Below are positions 11,001 to 24,300 of a stretch of 43,011 nucleotides of DNA, piece after piece. This DNA is from Utricularia gibba. Its lineage: Eukaryota; Plantae; Magnoliophyta. Below the pieces are notes generated by a model. That model was not told the DNA's origin, made no database searches, and saw only the letters and a program-made list of their open reading frames with translations. Every line of letters begins with the position of its first letter. Position 1 is the stretch's first letter. The position numbers and the translations under genes are program-made. The stretch is from NCBI GenBank assembly GCA_002189035.1, contig NEEC01000311.1, forward strand, positions 1 through 43,011, given 5' to 3'.

Positions 11001-12330
11001 GGTCTGTCTCCTTTGCCAAATCTGGTCCTACTCGACGAAAATCGTGATGCAGTTATTAAAGTTAGGATTTCATGAGCACCCAAAATGCTTTTGTCAATCG
11101 CATGCTTTGTAGTTGACGAGGCGCTCTCGTGGGGCAACGGTATCGAGCAGGAGGTCGAGTCGAGCTCGGGCCCAGAGTCATTTGTAGCCGACAAAAAATA
11201 TGATGCATTTATTAACGTTCGGCGCTATTAGGCTGCCTACATAGTTTCTCAAGAAAAAGCTTGTCGTTTCTGCGCGGGTGATGTCGTTGGGAACTTCGTT
11301 CGGACCCAAGGTTCTGTCTGACTCCTTTGCCACATCGGGTCCTACTCGACGAAAATCGTGATGCAGTTATTGAAGTTAGGATGTCATGAGCACCCAAAAT
11401 GGTTTTCTCAACCGCATGCTTTATATTTGATAAGGCGCTCTCGTGGGGCAACGGTATCGAGTAGGAGGTCGAGTCGAGCTCGGGCCCATAGTCATTTGTA
11501 GCTCGGCAAAAAACTTGATGCATTTATTAACGTTGGGTTTTAATAGGCCTACATTGTTTCTCAAGGAAAAGCTTGTCGTTTTTGGCGGGTGATGTCGTTG
11601 GGAACTTCGTTCGGACCCAAGGTTCTGTCTGACTCCTTTGCCACATCGGGTCCTACTCGACGAAAATCGTGATGCAGTTATTGAAGTTAGGATTTCATGA
11701 GCACCCAAAATGGTTTTCTCAACCGCATGCTTTATATTTGATAAGGCGCTCTCGTGGGGCAACGGTATCGAGCAGGAGGTCGAGTCGAGCTCGGCCCAGA
11801 GTCATTTGTAGCCGCAAAAAATTGATGCATTTATTAACGTTCGGGTTTTTAGGCTGCCTACATAGTTTCTCAGGAAAAGCTTGTCGTTTCTGGCGGGTGA
11901 TGTCGTTGGGAACTTCGTTCTGACCCAAGGTTCGGTCTGACTCCTTTGCCACATCGGGTCCTACTCGACGAAAATCGTGATGCAGTTATTGAAGTTAGGA
12001 TGTCATGAGCACCCAAAATGGTTTTCTCAACCGATGCTTTATATTTGAGGAGGCGCTCTCGTGGGGCAACGGTATCGAGTAGGAGGTCGAGTCGAGCTCG
12101 GGCCCATAGTCATTTGTAGCTCGGCAAAAAACTTGATGCATTATTAACGTTGGGTTTTAATAGAACGCCTACATTGTTTTCTCAAGGAAAAGCTTGTCGT
12201 TTTTGGGCGGGTGATTTCGTTGTGAACTTCGTTCTGACCCCACGTTCGGTCTGACTCCTTTGCCACATCGGGTCCTACTCGACGAAAATCGTGATGCAGT
12301 TATTGAAGTTAGGATGTCATGAGCACCCAA
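8096..12330. repeat. Truncated/rearranged derivatives of the 13-mer HOR, with elevated private substitutions
   Basis: Anchors 8213-9155 resemble HOR monomers 1-4, then 9467 and 9778 resemble monomers 10-11 (TAGAACGCC/GATTTC/GTCAGGA, then ACCATAGG). Anchors 10716-11657 again resemble monomers 2-5, and 12279 resembles monomer 10. Confidence 0.65.
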
Positions 12331-15300
12331 AATGGTTTTCTCAACCGCATGCTTTATATTTGATAAGGTGCTCTCGTGGGGCAACGGTATCGAGCAGGAG
12401 GTCGAGTCGAGCTCGGCCCAGAGTCATTTGTAGCCGCAAAAATTGATGCATTTATTAACGTTCGGCGCTATTAGGCTGCCTACATAGTTTCTCAAGGAAA
12501 AGCTTGTCGTTTCTGCGCGGGTGATGTCGTTGGAACTTCGTTCTGACCAAGGTTCTGTCTGACTCCTTTGCCACATCGGGTCCTACTCGACGAAAATCGT
12601 GATGCAGTTATTGAAGTTAGGATGTCATGAGCACCCAAAATGGTTTTCTCAACCGCATGCTTTATATTTGAGGAGGCGCTCTCGTGGGGCAACGGTATCG
12701 AGTAGGAGGTCGAGTCGAGCTCGGGCCCATAGTCATTTGTAGCTCGGCAAAAAACTTGATGCATTAATTAACGTTGGGTTTTAATAGAACGCCTACATTG
12801 TTTTCTCAAGGAAAAGCTTGTCGTTTCTGGCGGGTGATGTCGTTGTGAACTTCGTTCTGACCCAAGGTTCGGTCTGACTCCTTTGCCACATCGGGTCCTA
12901 CTCGACGAAAATCGTGATGCAGTTATTGAAGTTAGGATTCATGAGCACCCAAAATGGTTTTCTCAACCGCATGCTTTATATTTGATAAGGCGCTCTCGTG
13001 GGGCAACGGTATCGAGCAGGAGGTCGAGTCGAGCTCGGGCCCAGAGTCATTTGTAGCCCGCAAAAAATTGATGCATTTATTAACGTTGGCTTATTAGGCT
13101 GCCTACATAGTTTCTCAAGGAAAAGCTTGTCGTTTCTGGCGGGTGATGTCGTTGGGAACTTCGTTCTGACCCAAGGTTCTGTCTGACTCCTTTGCCACAT
13201 CGGGTCCTACTCGACGAAAATCGTGATGCAGTTATTGAAGTTAGGATGTCATGAGCACCCAAAATGGTTTCTCAACCGCATGCTTTATATTTGAGGAGGC
13301 GCTCTCGTGGGGCAACGTATCGAGCAGGAGGTCGAGTCGAGCTCGGGCCCATAGTCATTTGTAGCTCGGCAAAAAATTGATGCATTTATTAACGTTGGGT
13401 TTTAATAGCTGCCTACATTGTTTTCTCAAGGAAAAGCTTGTCGTTTTTGGCGGGTGATGTCGTTGTGAACTTCGTTCTGACCCAAGGTTCGGTCTGACTC
13501 CTTTGCCACATCGGGTCCTACTCGACGAAAATCGTGATGCAGTTATTGAAGTTAGGATTCATGAGCACCCAAAATGGTTTTCTCAACCGCATGCTTTATA
13601 TTTGATAAGGCGCTCTCGTGGGGCAACGGTATCGAGCAGGAGGTCGAGTCGAGCTCGGGCCCAGAGTCATTTGTAGCCCCAAAAAAATTGATGCATTTAT
13701 TAACGTTCGGCTTTATTAGGCTGCCTACATAGTTTCTCAGGAAAAGCTTGTCGTTTCTGGCGGGTGATGTCGTTGGGAACTTCGTTCGACCCAAGGTTCT
13801 GTCTGACTCCTTTGCCACATCGGGTCCTACTCGACGAAAATCGTGATGCAGTTATTGAAGTTAGGATGTCATGAGCACCCAAAATGGTTTTCTCAACCGC
13901 ATGCTTTATATTTTGAGGAGGCGCTCTCGTGGGGCAACGGTATCGAGCAGGAGGTCGAGTCGAGCTCGGGCCCATAGTCATTTGTAGCTCGGAAAAAACT
14001 TGATGCATTTATTAACGTTGGTTTTAATAGGCTGCCTCAATGTTTTCTCAAGGAAAAGCTTGTCGTTTTTGGCGGGTGATGTCGTTGTGAACTTCGTTCT
14101 GACCCAAGGTTCGGTCTGTCTCCTTTGCCAAATCTGGTCCTACTCGACGAAAATCGTGATGCAGTTATTGAAGTTAGGATTTCATGAGCACCCAAAATGG
14201 TTTTCTCAACCGCATGCTTTATATTTGATAAGGCGCTCTCGTGGGCAACGGTATCGAGCAGGAGGTCGAGTCGAGCTCGGCCCAGAGTCATTTGTAGCCC
14301 GGCAAAAAATTGATGCATTTATTAACGTTCGGCGCTATTAGGCTGCCTACATAGTTTCTCAAGGAAAAGCTTGTCGTTTCTGGCGGGTGATGTCGTTGGA
14401 ACTTCGTTCGGACCCAAGGTTCTGTCTGACTCCTTTGCCACATCGGGTCCTACTCGACGAAAATCGTGATGCAGTTATTGAAGTTAGGATGTCATGAGCA
14501 CCCAAAATGGTTTTCTCAACCGCATGCTTTATATTTGAGGAGGCGCTCTCGTGGGCAACGGTATCGAGCAGGAGGTCGAGTCGAGCTCGGGCCCATAGTC
14601 ATTTGTAGCTCGGCAAAAAACTTGATGCATTAATTAACGTTGGTTTTAATAGCGCCTACATTGTTTTCTCAAGGAAAAGCTTGTCGTTTTTGGGCGGGTG
14701 ATTTCGTTGTGAACTTCGTTCTGACCCAAGGTTCGGTCTGACTCCTTTGCCACATCGGGTCCTACTCGACGAAAATCGTGATGCAGTTATTGAAGTTAGG
14801 ATGTCATGAGCACCCAAAATGGTTTTCTCAACCGCATGCTTTATATTTGATAAGGGCTCTCGTGGGCAACGGTATCGAGCAGGAGGTCGAGTCGAGCTCG
14901 GGCCCAGAGTCATTTGTAGCCCGCAAAAATATTGATGCATTTATTAACGTTCGGCGCTATTAGGCTGCCTACATAGTTTCTCAAGGAAAAGCTTGTCGTT
15001 TCTGCGCGGGTGATGTCGTTGGGAACTTCGTTCGGACCCAAGGTTCTGTCTGACTCCTTTGCCACATCGGGTCCTACTCGACGAAAATCGTGATGCAGTT
15101 ATTGAAGTTAGGATGTCATGAGCACCCAAAATGGTTTTCTCAACCGCATGCTTTATATTTGAGGAGGCGCTCTCGTGGGGCAACGGTATCGAGCAGGGGT
15201 CGAGTCGAGCTCGGCCCATAGTCATTTGTAGCTCGGCAAAAAAACTTGATGCATTTATTAACGTTGGGTTTTAATAGGCCTACATTGTTTTCTCAAGGAA

Positions 15301-18300
15301 AAGCTTGTCGTTTCTGGCGGGTGATGTCGTTGGAACTTCGTTCTGACCCAAGGTTCGGTCTGACTCCTTTGCCACATCGGTCCTACTCGACGAAAATCGT
15401 GATGCAGTTATTGAAGTTAGGATTCATGAGCACCCAAAATTTTTCTCAACCGCATGCTTTATATTTGAGGAGGCGCTCTCGTGGGGCAACGGTAGGAGGT
15501 CGAGTCGAGCTCGGGCCCATAGTCATTTGTAGCCCGCAAAAAATTGATGCATTTATTAACGTTGGCTTTATTAGGCTGCCTACATAGTTTCTCAAGGAAA
15601 AGCTTGTCGTTTTTGGCGGGTGATGTCGTTGGAACTTCGTTCGGACCCAAGGTTCTGTCTGACTCCTTTGCCACATCGGGTCCTACTCGACGAAAATCGT
15701 GATGCAGTTATTGAAGTTAGGATGTCATGAGCACCCAAAATGGTTTTCTCAACCGCATGCTTTATATTTGAGGAGGCGCTCTCGTGGGGCAACGGTATCG
15801 AGCAGGAGGTCGAGTCGAGCTCGGGCCCATAGTCATTTGTAGCTCGGCAAAAAACTTGATGCATTTATTAACGTTGGTTTTAATAGGCTGCCTACATGGT
15901 TTCTCAAGGAAAAGCTTGTCGTTTTTGGGCGGGTGATGTCGTTGTGAACTTCGTTCTGACCAAGGTTCGGTCTGTCTCCTTTGCCAAATCGGTCCTACTC
16001 GACGAAAATCGTGATGCAGTTATTGAAGTTAGGATTTCATGAGCACCCAAAATGGTTTTCTCAACCGCATGCTTTATATTTGATAAGGCGCTCTCGTGGG
16101 GCAACGGTATCGAGCAGGAGGTCGAGTCGAGCTCGGCCCAGAGTCATTTGTAGCCCGGCAAAAATATTGATGCATTTATTAACGTTCGGTTTATTAGGCT
16201 GCCTACATAGTTTCTCAAGGAAAAGCTTGTCGTTTCTGGCGGGTGATGTCGTTGGGAACTTCGTTCGGACCCAAGGTTCTGTCTGACTCCTTTGCCACAT
16301 CGGGTCCTACTCGACGAAAATCGTGATGCAGTTATTGAAGTTAGGATGTCATGAGCACCCAAAATGGTTTTCTCAACCGCATGCTTTATATTTGAGGAGG
16401 CGCTCTCGTGGGGCAACGGTATCGAGCAGGAGGTCGAGTCGAGCTCGGGCCCATAGTCATTTGTAGCTCGGCAAAAAAACTTGATGCATTATTAACGTTG
16501 GTTTTAATAGCGCCTACATTGTTTTCTCAAGGAAAAGCTTGTCGTTTTTGGGCGGGTGATTTCGTTGTGAACTTCGTTCTGACCCAAGGTTCGGTCTGAC
16601 TCCTTTGCCACATCGGGTCCTACTCGACGAAAATCGTGATGCAGTTATTGAAGTTAGGATTCATGAGCACCCAAAATGGTTTTCTCAACCGCATGCTTTA
16701 TATTTGATAAGGTGCTCTCGTGGGGCAACGGTATCGAGCAGGAGGTCGAGTCGAGCTCGGCCCATAGTCATTTGTAGCCCGCAAAAAATTGATGCATTTA
16801 TTAACGTTGGCTATTAGGCTGCCTACATAGTTTCTCAGGAAAAGCTTGTCGTTTTTGCGCGGTGATGTCGTTGGAACTTCGTTCGACCCAAGGTTCTGTC
16901 TGACTCCTTTGCCACATCGGGTCCTACTCGACGAAAATCGTGATGCAGTTATTGAAGTTAGGATGTCATGAGCACCCAAAATGGTTTTCTCAACCGCATG
17001 CTTTATATTTGAGGAGGCGCTCTCGTGGGGCAACGGTATCGAGCAGGAGGTCGAGTCGAGCTCGGGCCCATAGTCATTTGTAGCTCGGCAAAAAACTTGA
17101 TGCATTTATTAACGTTGGTTTTAATAGCGCCTACATTGTTTTCTCAAGGAAAAGCTTGTCGTTTTTGGGCGGGTGATGTCGTTGTGAACTTCGTTCTGAC
17201 CCAAGGTTCGGTCTGACTCCTTTGCCACATCGGGTCCTACTCGACGAAAATCGTGATGCAGTTATTGAAGTTAGATGTCATGAGCACCCAAAATGGTTTT
17301 CTCAACCGCATGCTTTATATTTGATAAGGCGCTCTCGTGGGGCAACGGTATCGAGCAGGAGGTCGAGTCGAGCTCGGGCCCAGAGTCATTTGTAGCCCGG
17401 CAAAAAATTGATGCATTTATTAACGTTGGTTTTAATAGCGCCTACATTGTTTCTCAAGGAAAAGCTTGTCGTTTTTGGGCGGGTGATGTCGTTGTGAACT
17501 TCGTTCTGACCCAAGGTTCGGTCTGACTCCTTTGCCACATCGGGTCCTACTCGACGAAAATCGTGATGCAGTTATTGAAGTTAGGATGTCATGAGCACCC
17601 AAAATGGTTTTCTCAACCGCATGCTTTATATTTGATAAGGCGCTCTCGTGGGCAACGGTATCGAGCAGGAGGTCGAGTCGAGCTCGGCCCATAGTCATTT
17701 GTAGCCCGCAAAAAATTGATGCATTTATTAACGTTTATTAGGCTGCCTACATAGTTTCTCAAGGAAAAAGCTTGTCGTTTCTGGCGGGTGATGTCGTTGG
17801 GAACTTCGTTCTGACCCAAGGTTCTGTCTGACTCCTTTGCCAAATCTGGTCCTACTCGACGAAAATCGTGTGCAGTTATTGAAGTTAGGATTTCATGAGC
17901 ACCCAAAATGTTTTCTCAACCGCATGCTTTATATTTGAGGAGGCGCTCTCGTGGGGCAACGGTATCGAGCAGGTCGAGTCGGGGCCCAGAGTCATTTTAG
18001 CCTCAAAAAAATTGATGCATTTATTAACGTTGGGTTTTAATAGGCTGCCTACATGGTTTCTCAAGGAAAAGCTTGTCGTTTCTGGGCGGGTGATGTCTTT
18101 TGGAACTTCGTTCTGACCAAGGTTCGGTCTGACTCCTTTGCCACATCGGGTCCTACTCGACGAAAATCGTGATGCAGTTATTGAAGTTAGGATTCATGAG
18201 CACCCAAAATGGTTTTCTCAACCGCATGCTTTATATTGAGGCGCTCTCGTGGGGCAACGGTATCGAGCAGGAGGTCGAGTCGAGCTGGGCCCAGAGTCAT

Positions 18301-21300
18301 TTGTAGCCCGACAAAAATATTGATGCATTTATTAACGTTCGGTTATTAGGCTGCCTACATAGTTTCTCAAGGAAAAGCTTGTCGTTTCTGGGCGGTGATG
18401 TCGTTGGAACTTCGTTCGGACCCAAGGTTCTGTCTGACTCCTTTGCCACATCGGGTCCTACTCGACGAAAATCGTGATGCAGTTATTGAAGTTAGGATGT
18501 CATGAGCACCCAAAATGGTTTTCTCAACCGCATGCTTTATATTTGAGGAGGCGCTCTCGTGGGGCAACGGTATCGAGCAGGAGGTCGAGTCGAGCTCGGG
18601 CCCATAGTCATTTGTAGCTCGGCAAAAAACTTGATGCATTAATTAACGTTGGGTTTTAATACGCCTACATTGTTTTCTCAAGGAAAAGCTTGTCGTTTTT
18701 GGGCGGGTGATTTCGTTGTGAACTTCGTTCTGACCCAAGGTTCGGTCTGACTCCTTTGCCACATCGGGTCCTACTCGACGAAAATCGTGATGCAGTTATT
18801 GAAGTTAGATTCATGAGCACCCAAAATGGTTTTCTCAACCGCATGCTTTATATTTGATAAGGCGCTCTCGTGGGGCAACGGTATCGAGCAGGAGGTCGAG
18901 TCGAGCTCGGGCCCAGAGTCATTTGTAGCCCGCAAAAATTGATGCATTTATTAACGTTGGTTTATTAGGCTGCCTACATAGTTTCTCAAGGAAAAGCTTG
19001 TCGTTTTTCTGCGGGTGATGTCGTTGGGAACTTCGTTCGGACCCAAGGTTCTGTCTGACTCCTTTGCCACATCGGGTCCTACTCGACGAAAATCGTGATG
19101 CAGTTATTGAAGTTAGGATGTCATGAGCACCCAAAATGGTTTTCTCAACCGCATGCTTTATATTTGAGGAGGCGCTCTCGTGGGGCAACGGTATCGAGCA
19201 GGAGGTCGAGTCGAGCTCGGGCCCATAGTCATTTGTAGCTCGGCAAAAAACTTGATGCATTATTAACGTTGGTTTTAATAGCGCCTACATTGTTTTCTCA
19301 AGGAAAAGCTTGTCGTTTTTGGGCGGGTGATGTCGTTGTGAACTTCGTTCTGACCCAAGGTTCGGTCTGACTCCTTTGCCACATCGGGTCCTACTCGACG
19401 AAAATCGTGATGCAGTTATTGAAGTTAGGATGTCATGAGCACCCAAAATGGTTTTCTCAACCGCATGCTTTATATTTGATAAGGCGCTCTCGTGGGGCAA
19501 CGGTATCGAGCAGGAGGTCGAGTCGAGCTCGGGCCATAGTCATTTGTAGCCCGCAAAAAATTGATGCATTTATTAACGTTCGGTTTATTAGGCTGCCTAC
19601 ATAGTTTCTCAAGGAAAAGCTTGTCGTTTCTGGCGGGTGATGTCGTTGAACTTCGTTCTGACCCAAGGTTCGGTCTGACTCCTTTGCCACATCGGTCCTA
19701 CTCGACGAAAATCGTGATGCAGTTATTGAAGTTAGGATGTCATGAGCACCCAAAATGGTTTTCTCAACCGCATGCTTTATATTTGAGGAGGCGCTCTCGT
19801 GGGGCAACGGTATCGAGCAGGAGGTCGAGTCGAGCTCGGGCCCATAGTCATTTGTAGCTCGGCAAAAAAACTTGATGCATTTATTAACGTTGGTTTTAAT
19901 AGCGCCTACATAGTTTTCTCAAGAAAAGCTTGTCGTTTTGGGCGGGTGATGTCGTTGTGAACTTCGTTCTGACCCAAGGTTCGGTCTGTCCTTTGCCACA
20001 TCGGGTCCTACTCGACGAAAATCGTGATGCAGTTATTGAAGTTAGGATTTCATGAGCACCCAAAATGGTTTTCTCAACCGCATGCTTTATATTTGATAAG
20101 GCGCTCTCGTGGGGCAACGGTATCGAGCAGGAGGTCGAGTCGAGCTCGGGCCCATAGTCATTTGTAGCTCGGCAAAAAAACTTGATGCATTATTAACGTT
20201 GGTTTTAATAGGCGCCTACATGTTTTCTCAAGGAAAAGCTTGTCGTTTTGGGCGGGTGATTTCGTTGTGAACTTCGTTCTGACCCAAGGTTCGGTCTGAC
20301 TCCTTTGCCACATCGGGTCCTACTCGACGAAAATCGTGATGCAGTTATTGAAGTTAGGATTCATGAGCACCCAAAATGGTTTTCTCAACCGCATGCTTTA
20401 TATTTGATAAGGCGCTCTCGTGGGGCAACGGTATCGAGCAGGAGGTCGAGTCGAGCTCGGCCCAGAGTCATTTGTAGCCCGCAAAAAATTGATGCATTTA
20501 TTAACGTTGGTTATTAGGCTGCCTACATAGTTTCTCAAGGAAAAGCTTGTCGTTTCTGGCGGGTGATGTCGTTGTGAACTTCGTTCTGACCCAAGGTTCG
20601 GTCTGACTCCTTTGCCACATCGGTCCTACTCGACGAAAATCGTGATGCAGTTATTGAAGTTAGGATTCATGAGCACCCAAAATGGTTTTCTCAACCGCAT
20701 GCTTTATATTTGAGGAGGCGCTCTGGGGCAACGGTATCGAGCAGGTCGAGTCGAGCTCGCCCAGAGTCATTTTGTAGCCGCAAAAAAAATTGATGCATTT
20801 ATTAACGTTGGGTTTTAATAGGCTGCCTACATGGTTTCTCAAGGAAAAGCTTGTCGTTTTCTGGGCGGGTGATGTCTTTTGGAACTTCGTTCTGACCAAG
20901 GTTCGGTCTGACTCCTTTGCCACATCGGGTCCTACTCGACGAAAATCGTGATGCAGTTATTGAAGTTAGGATTCATGAGCACCCAAAATGGTTTTCTCAA
21001 CCGCATGCTTTATATTTGATAAGGCGCTCTCGTGGGGCAACGGTATCGAGCAGGAGGTCGAGTCGAGCTCGGGCCCAGAGTCATTTGTAGCCGGCAAAAA
21101 ATTGATGCATTTATTAACGTTGGTTTATAGGCTGCCTACATAGTTTCTCAAGGAAAAGCTTGTCGTTTCTGGGCGGGTGATGTCGTTGGAACTTCGTTCT
21201 GACCCAAGGTTCGGTCTGACTCCTTTGCCACATCGGGTCCTACTCGACGAAAATCGTGATGCAGTTATTGAAGTTAGATGTCATGAGCACCCAAAATGGT

Positions 21301-24300
21301 TTTCTCAACCGCATGCTTTATATTTGATAAGGCGCTCTCGTGGGGCAACGGTATCGAGCAGGAGGTCGAGTCGAGCTCGGGCCCATAGTCATTTGTAGCC
21401 CGCAAAAATTGATGCATTTATTAACGTTGGGTTTTTAGGCTGCCTACATAGTTTCTCAAGGAAAAGCTTGTCGTTTCTGGCGGGTGATGTCGTTGGGAAC
21501 TTCGTTCTGACCCAAGGTTCGTCTGACTCCTTTGCCACATCGGGTCCTACTCGACGAAAATCGTGATGCAGTTATTGAAGTTAGGATGTCATGAGCACCC
21601 AAAATGGTTTTCTCAACCGCATGCTTTATATTTGAGGAGGCGCTCTCGTGGGGCAACGGTATCGAGCAGGAGGTCGAGTCGAGCTCGGGCCCATAGTCAT
21701 TTGTAGCTCGGCAAAAAACTTGATGCATTTATTAACGTTGGTTTTAATAGCGCCTACATGGTTTTCTCAAGGAAAAGCTTGTCGTTTTTGGCGGGTGATG
21801 TCGTTGTGAACTTCGTTCTGACCCAAGGTTCGGTCTGACTCCTTTGCCACATCGGGTCCTACTCGACGAAAATCGTGATGCAGTTATTGAAGTTAGGATG
21901 TCATGAGCACCCAAAATGGTTTTCTCAACCGCATGCTTTATATTTGATAAGCGCTCTCGTGGGGCAACGGTATCGAGCAGGAGGTCGAGTCGAGCTCGGC
22001 CCAGAGTCATTTGTAGCCGCAAAAAAATTGATGCATTTATTAACGTTGGTTTATTAGGCTGCCTACATAGTTTCTCAAGGAAAAGCTTGTCGTTTTGGCG
22101 GGTGATGTCGTTGGAACTTCGTTCTGACCCAAGGTTCGGTCTGACTCCTTTGCCACATCGGGTCCTACTCGACGAAAATCGTGATGCAGTTATTGAAGTT
22201 AGGATGTCATGAGCACCCAAAATGGTTTTCTCAACCGCATGCTTTATATTTGAGGAGGCGCTCTCGTGGGGCAACGGTATCGAGCAGGAGGTCGAGTCGA
22301 GCTCGGCCCATAGTCATTTGTAGCTCGGCAAAAAACTTGATGCATTTATTAACGTTGGTTTTAATAGGCTGCCTACATGGTTTTCTCAAGGAAAAGCTTG
22401 TCGTTTTTGGGCGGGTGATGTCGTTGTGAACTTCGTTCTGACCCAAGGTTCGGTCTGACTCCTTTGCCACATCGGGTCCTACTCGACGAAAATCGTGATG
22501 CAGTTATTGAAGTTAGGATGTCATGAGCACCCAAATGGTTTTCTCAACCGCATGCTTTATATTTGAGGAGGCGCTCTCGTGGGGCAACGGTATCGAGCAG
22601 GAGGTCGAGTCGAGCTCGGCCCAGAGTCATTTGTAGCCGCAAAAAATTGATGCATTTATTAACGTTGGTTTATTAGGCTGCCTACATAGTTTTCTCAAAG
22701 AAAAGCTTGTCGTTTTCTGGCGGGTGATGTCGTTGGGAACTTCGTTCGGACCCAAGGTTCTGTCTGACTCCTTTGCCACATCGGGTCCTACTCGACGAAA
22801 ATCGTGATGCAGTTATTGAAGTTAGGATTCATGAGCACCCAAAATGGTTTTCTCAACCGCATGCTTTATATTTGATAAGGCGCTCTCGTGGGGCAACGGT
22901 ATCGAGGGAGGTCGAGTCGAGCTCGGCCCATAGTCATTTGTAGCTCGGCAAAAAATTGATGCATTTATTAACGTTGGTTTTTAGGCTGCCTAATGGTTTC
23001 TCAGGAAAAGCTTGTCGTTTTGGCGGGTGATGTCGTTGGAACTTCGTTCTGACCCAAGGTTCGTCTGACTCCTTTGCCACATCGGGTCCTACTCGACGAA
23101 AATCGTGATGCAGTTATTGAAGTTAGGATTCATGAGCACCCAAAATGGTTTTCTCAACCGCATGCTTTATATTTGAGGAGGCGCTCTCGTGGGGCAACGG
23201 TATCGAGTAGGAGGTCGAGTCGAGCTCGGCCCATAGTCATTTGTAGCTCGGCAAAAAAACTTGATGCATTTATTAACGTTGGGTTTTAATAGCTGCCTAC
23301 ATTGTTTTCTCAAGGAAAAGCTTGTCGTTTTTGGGCGGGTGATTTCGTTGTGAACTTCGTTCTGACCCAAGGTTCGGTCTGACTCCTTTGCCACATCGGG
23401 TCCTACTCGACGAAAATCGTGATGCAGTTATTGAAGTTAGGATTCATGAGCACCCAAAATGGTTTTCTCAACGCATGCTTTATATTTGATAAGGCGCTCT
23501 CGTGGGCAACGGTATCGAGTAGGAGGTCGAGTCGAGCTCGGCCCATAGTCATTTGTAGCCCGCAAAAAAATTGATGCATTTATTAACGTTGGTTTATTAG
23601 GCTGCCTACATAGTTTCTCAAGGAAAAGCTTGTCGTTTCTGGCGGGTGATGTCGTTGGGAACTTCGTTCTGACCCAAGGTTCTGTCTGACTCCTTTGCCA
23701 CATCGGGTCCTACTCGACGAAAATCGTGATGCAGTTATTGAAGTTAGGATGTCATGAGCACCCAAAATGGTTTTCTCAACCGCATGCTTTATATTTGAGG
23801 AGGCGCTCTCGTGGGGCAACGGTATCGAGCAGGAGTCGAGTCGAGCTCGGCCCATAGTCATTTGTAGCTCGGCAAAAAATTGATGCATTTATTAACGTTG
23901 GGTTTTAGGCTGCCTACAAGTTTCTCAAGGAAAAGCTTGTCGTTTCTGGCGGGTGATGTCGTTTGGAACTTCGTTCGACCCAAGGTTCGGTCTGACTCCT
24001 TTGCCACATCGGGTCCTACTCGACGAAAATCGTGATGCAGTTATTGAAGTTAGGATGTCATGAGCACCCAAAATGGTTTTCTCAACCGCATGCTTTATAT
24101 TTGAAGGCGCTCTCGTGGGGCAACGGTATCGAGCAGGAGGTCGAGTCGAGCTCGGGCCCATAGTCATTTGTAGCTCGGCAAAAAACTTGATGCATTTATT
24201 AACGTTGGTTTAATAGGCTGCCTACATGTTTTCTCAAGGAAAAGCTTGTCGTTTTTGGCGGGTGATGTCGTTGTGAACTTCGTTCTGACCCAAGGTTCGG

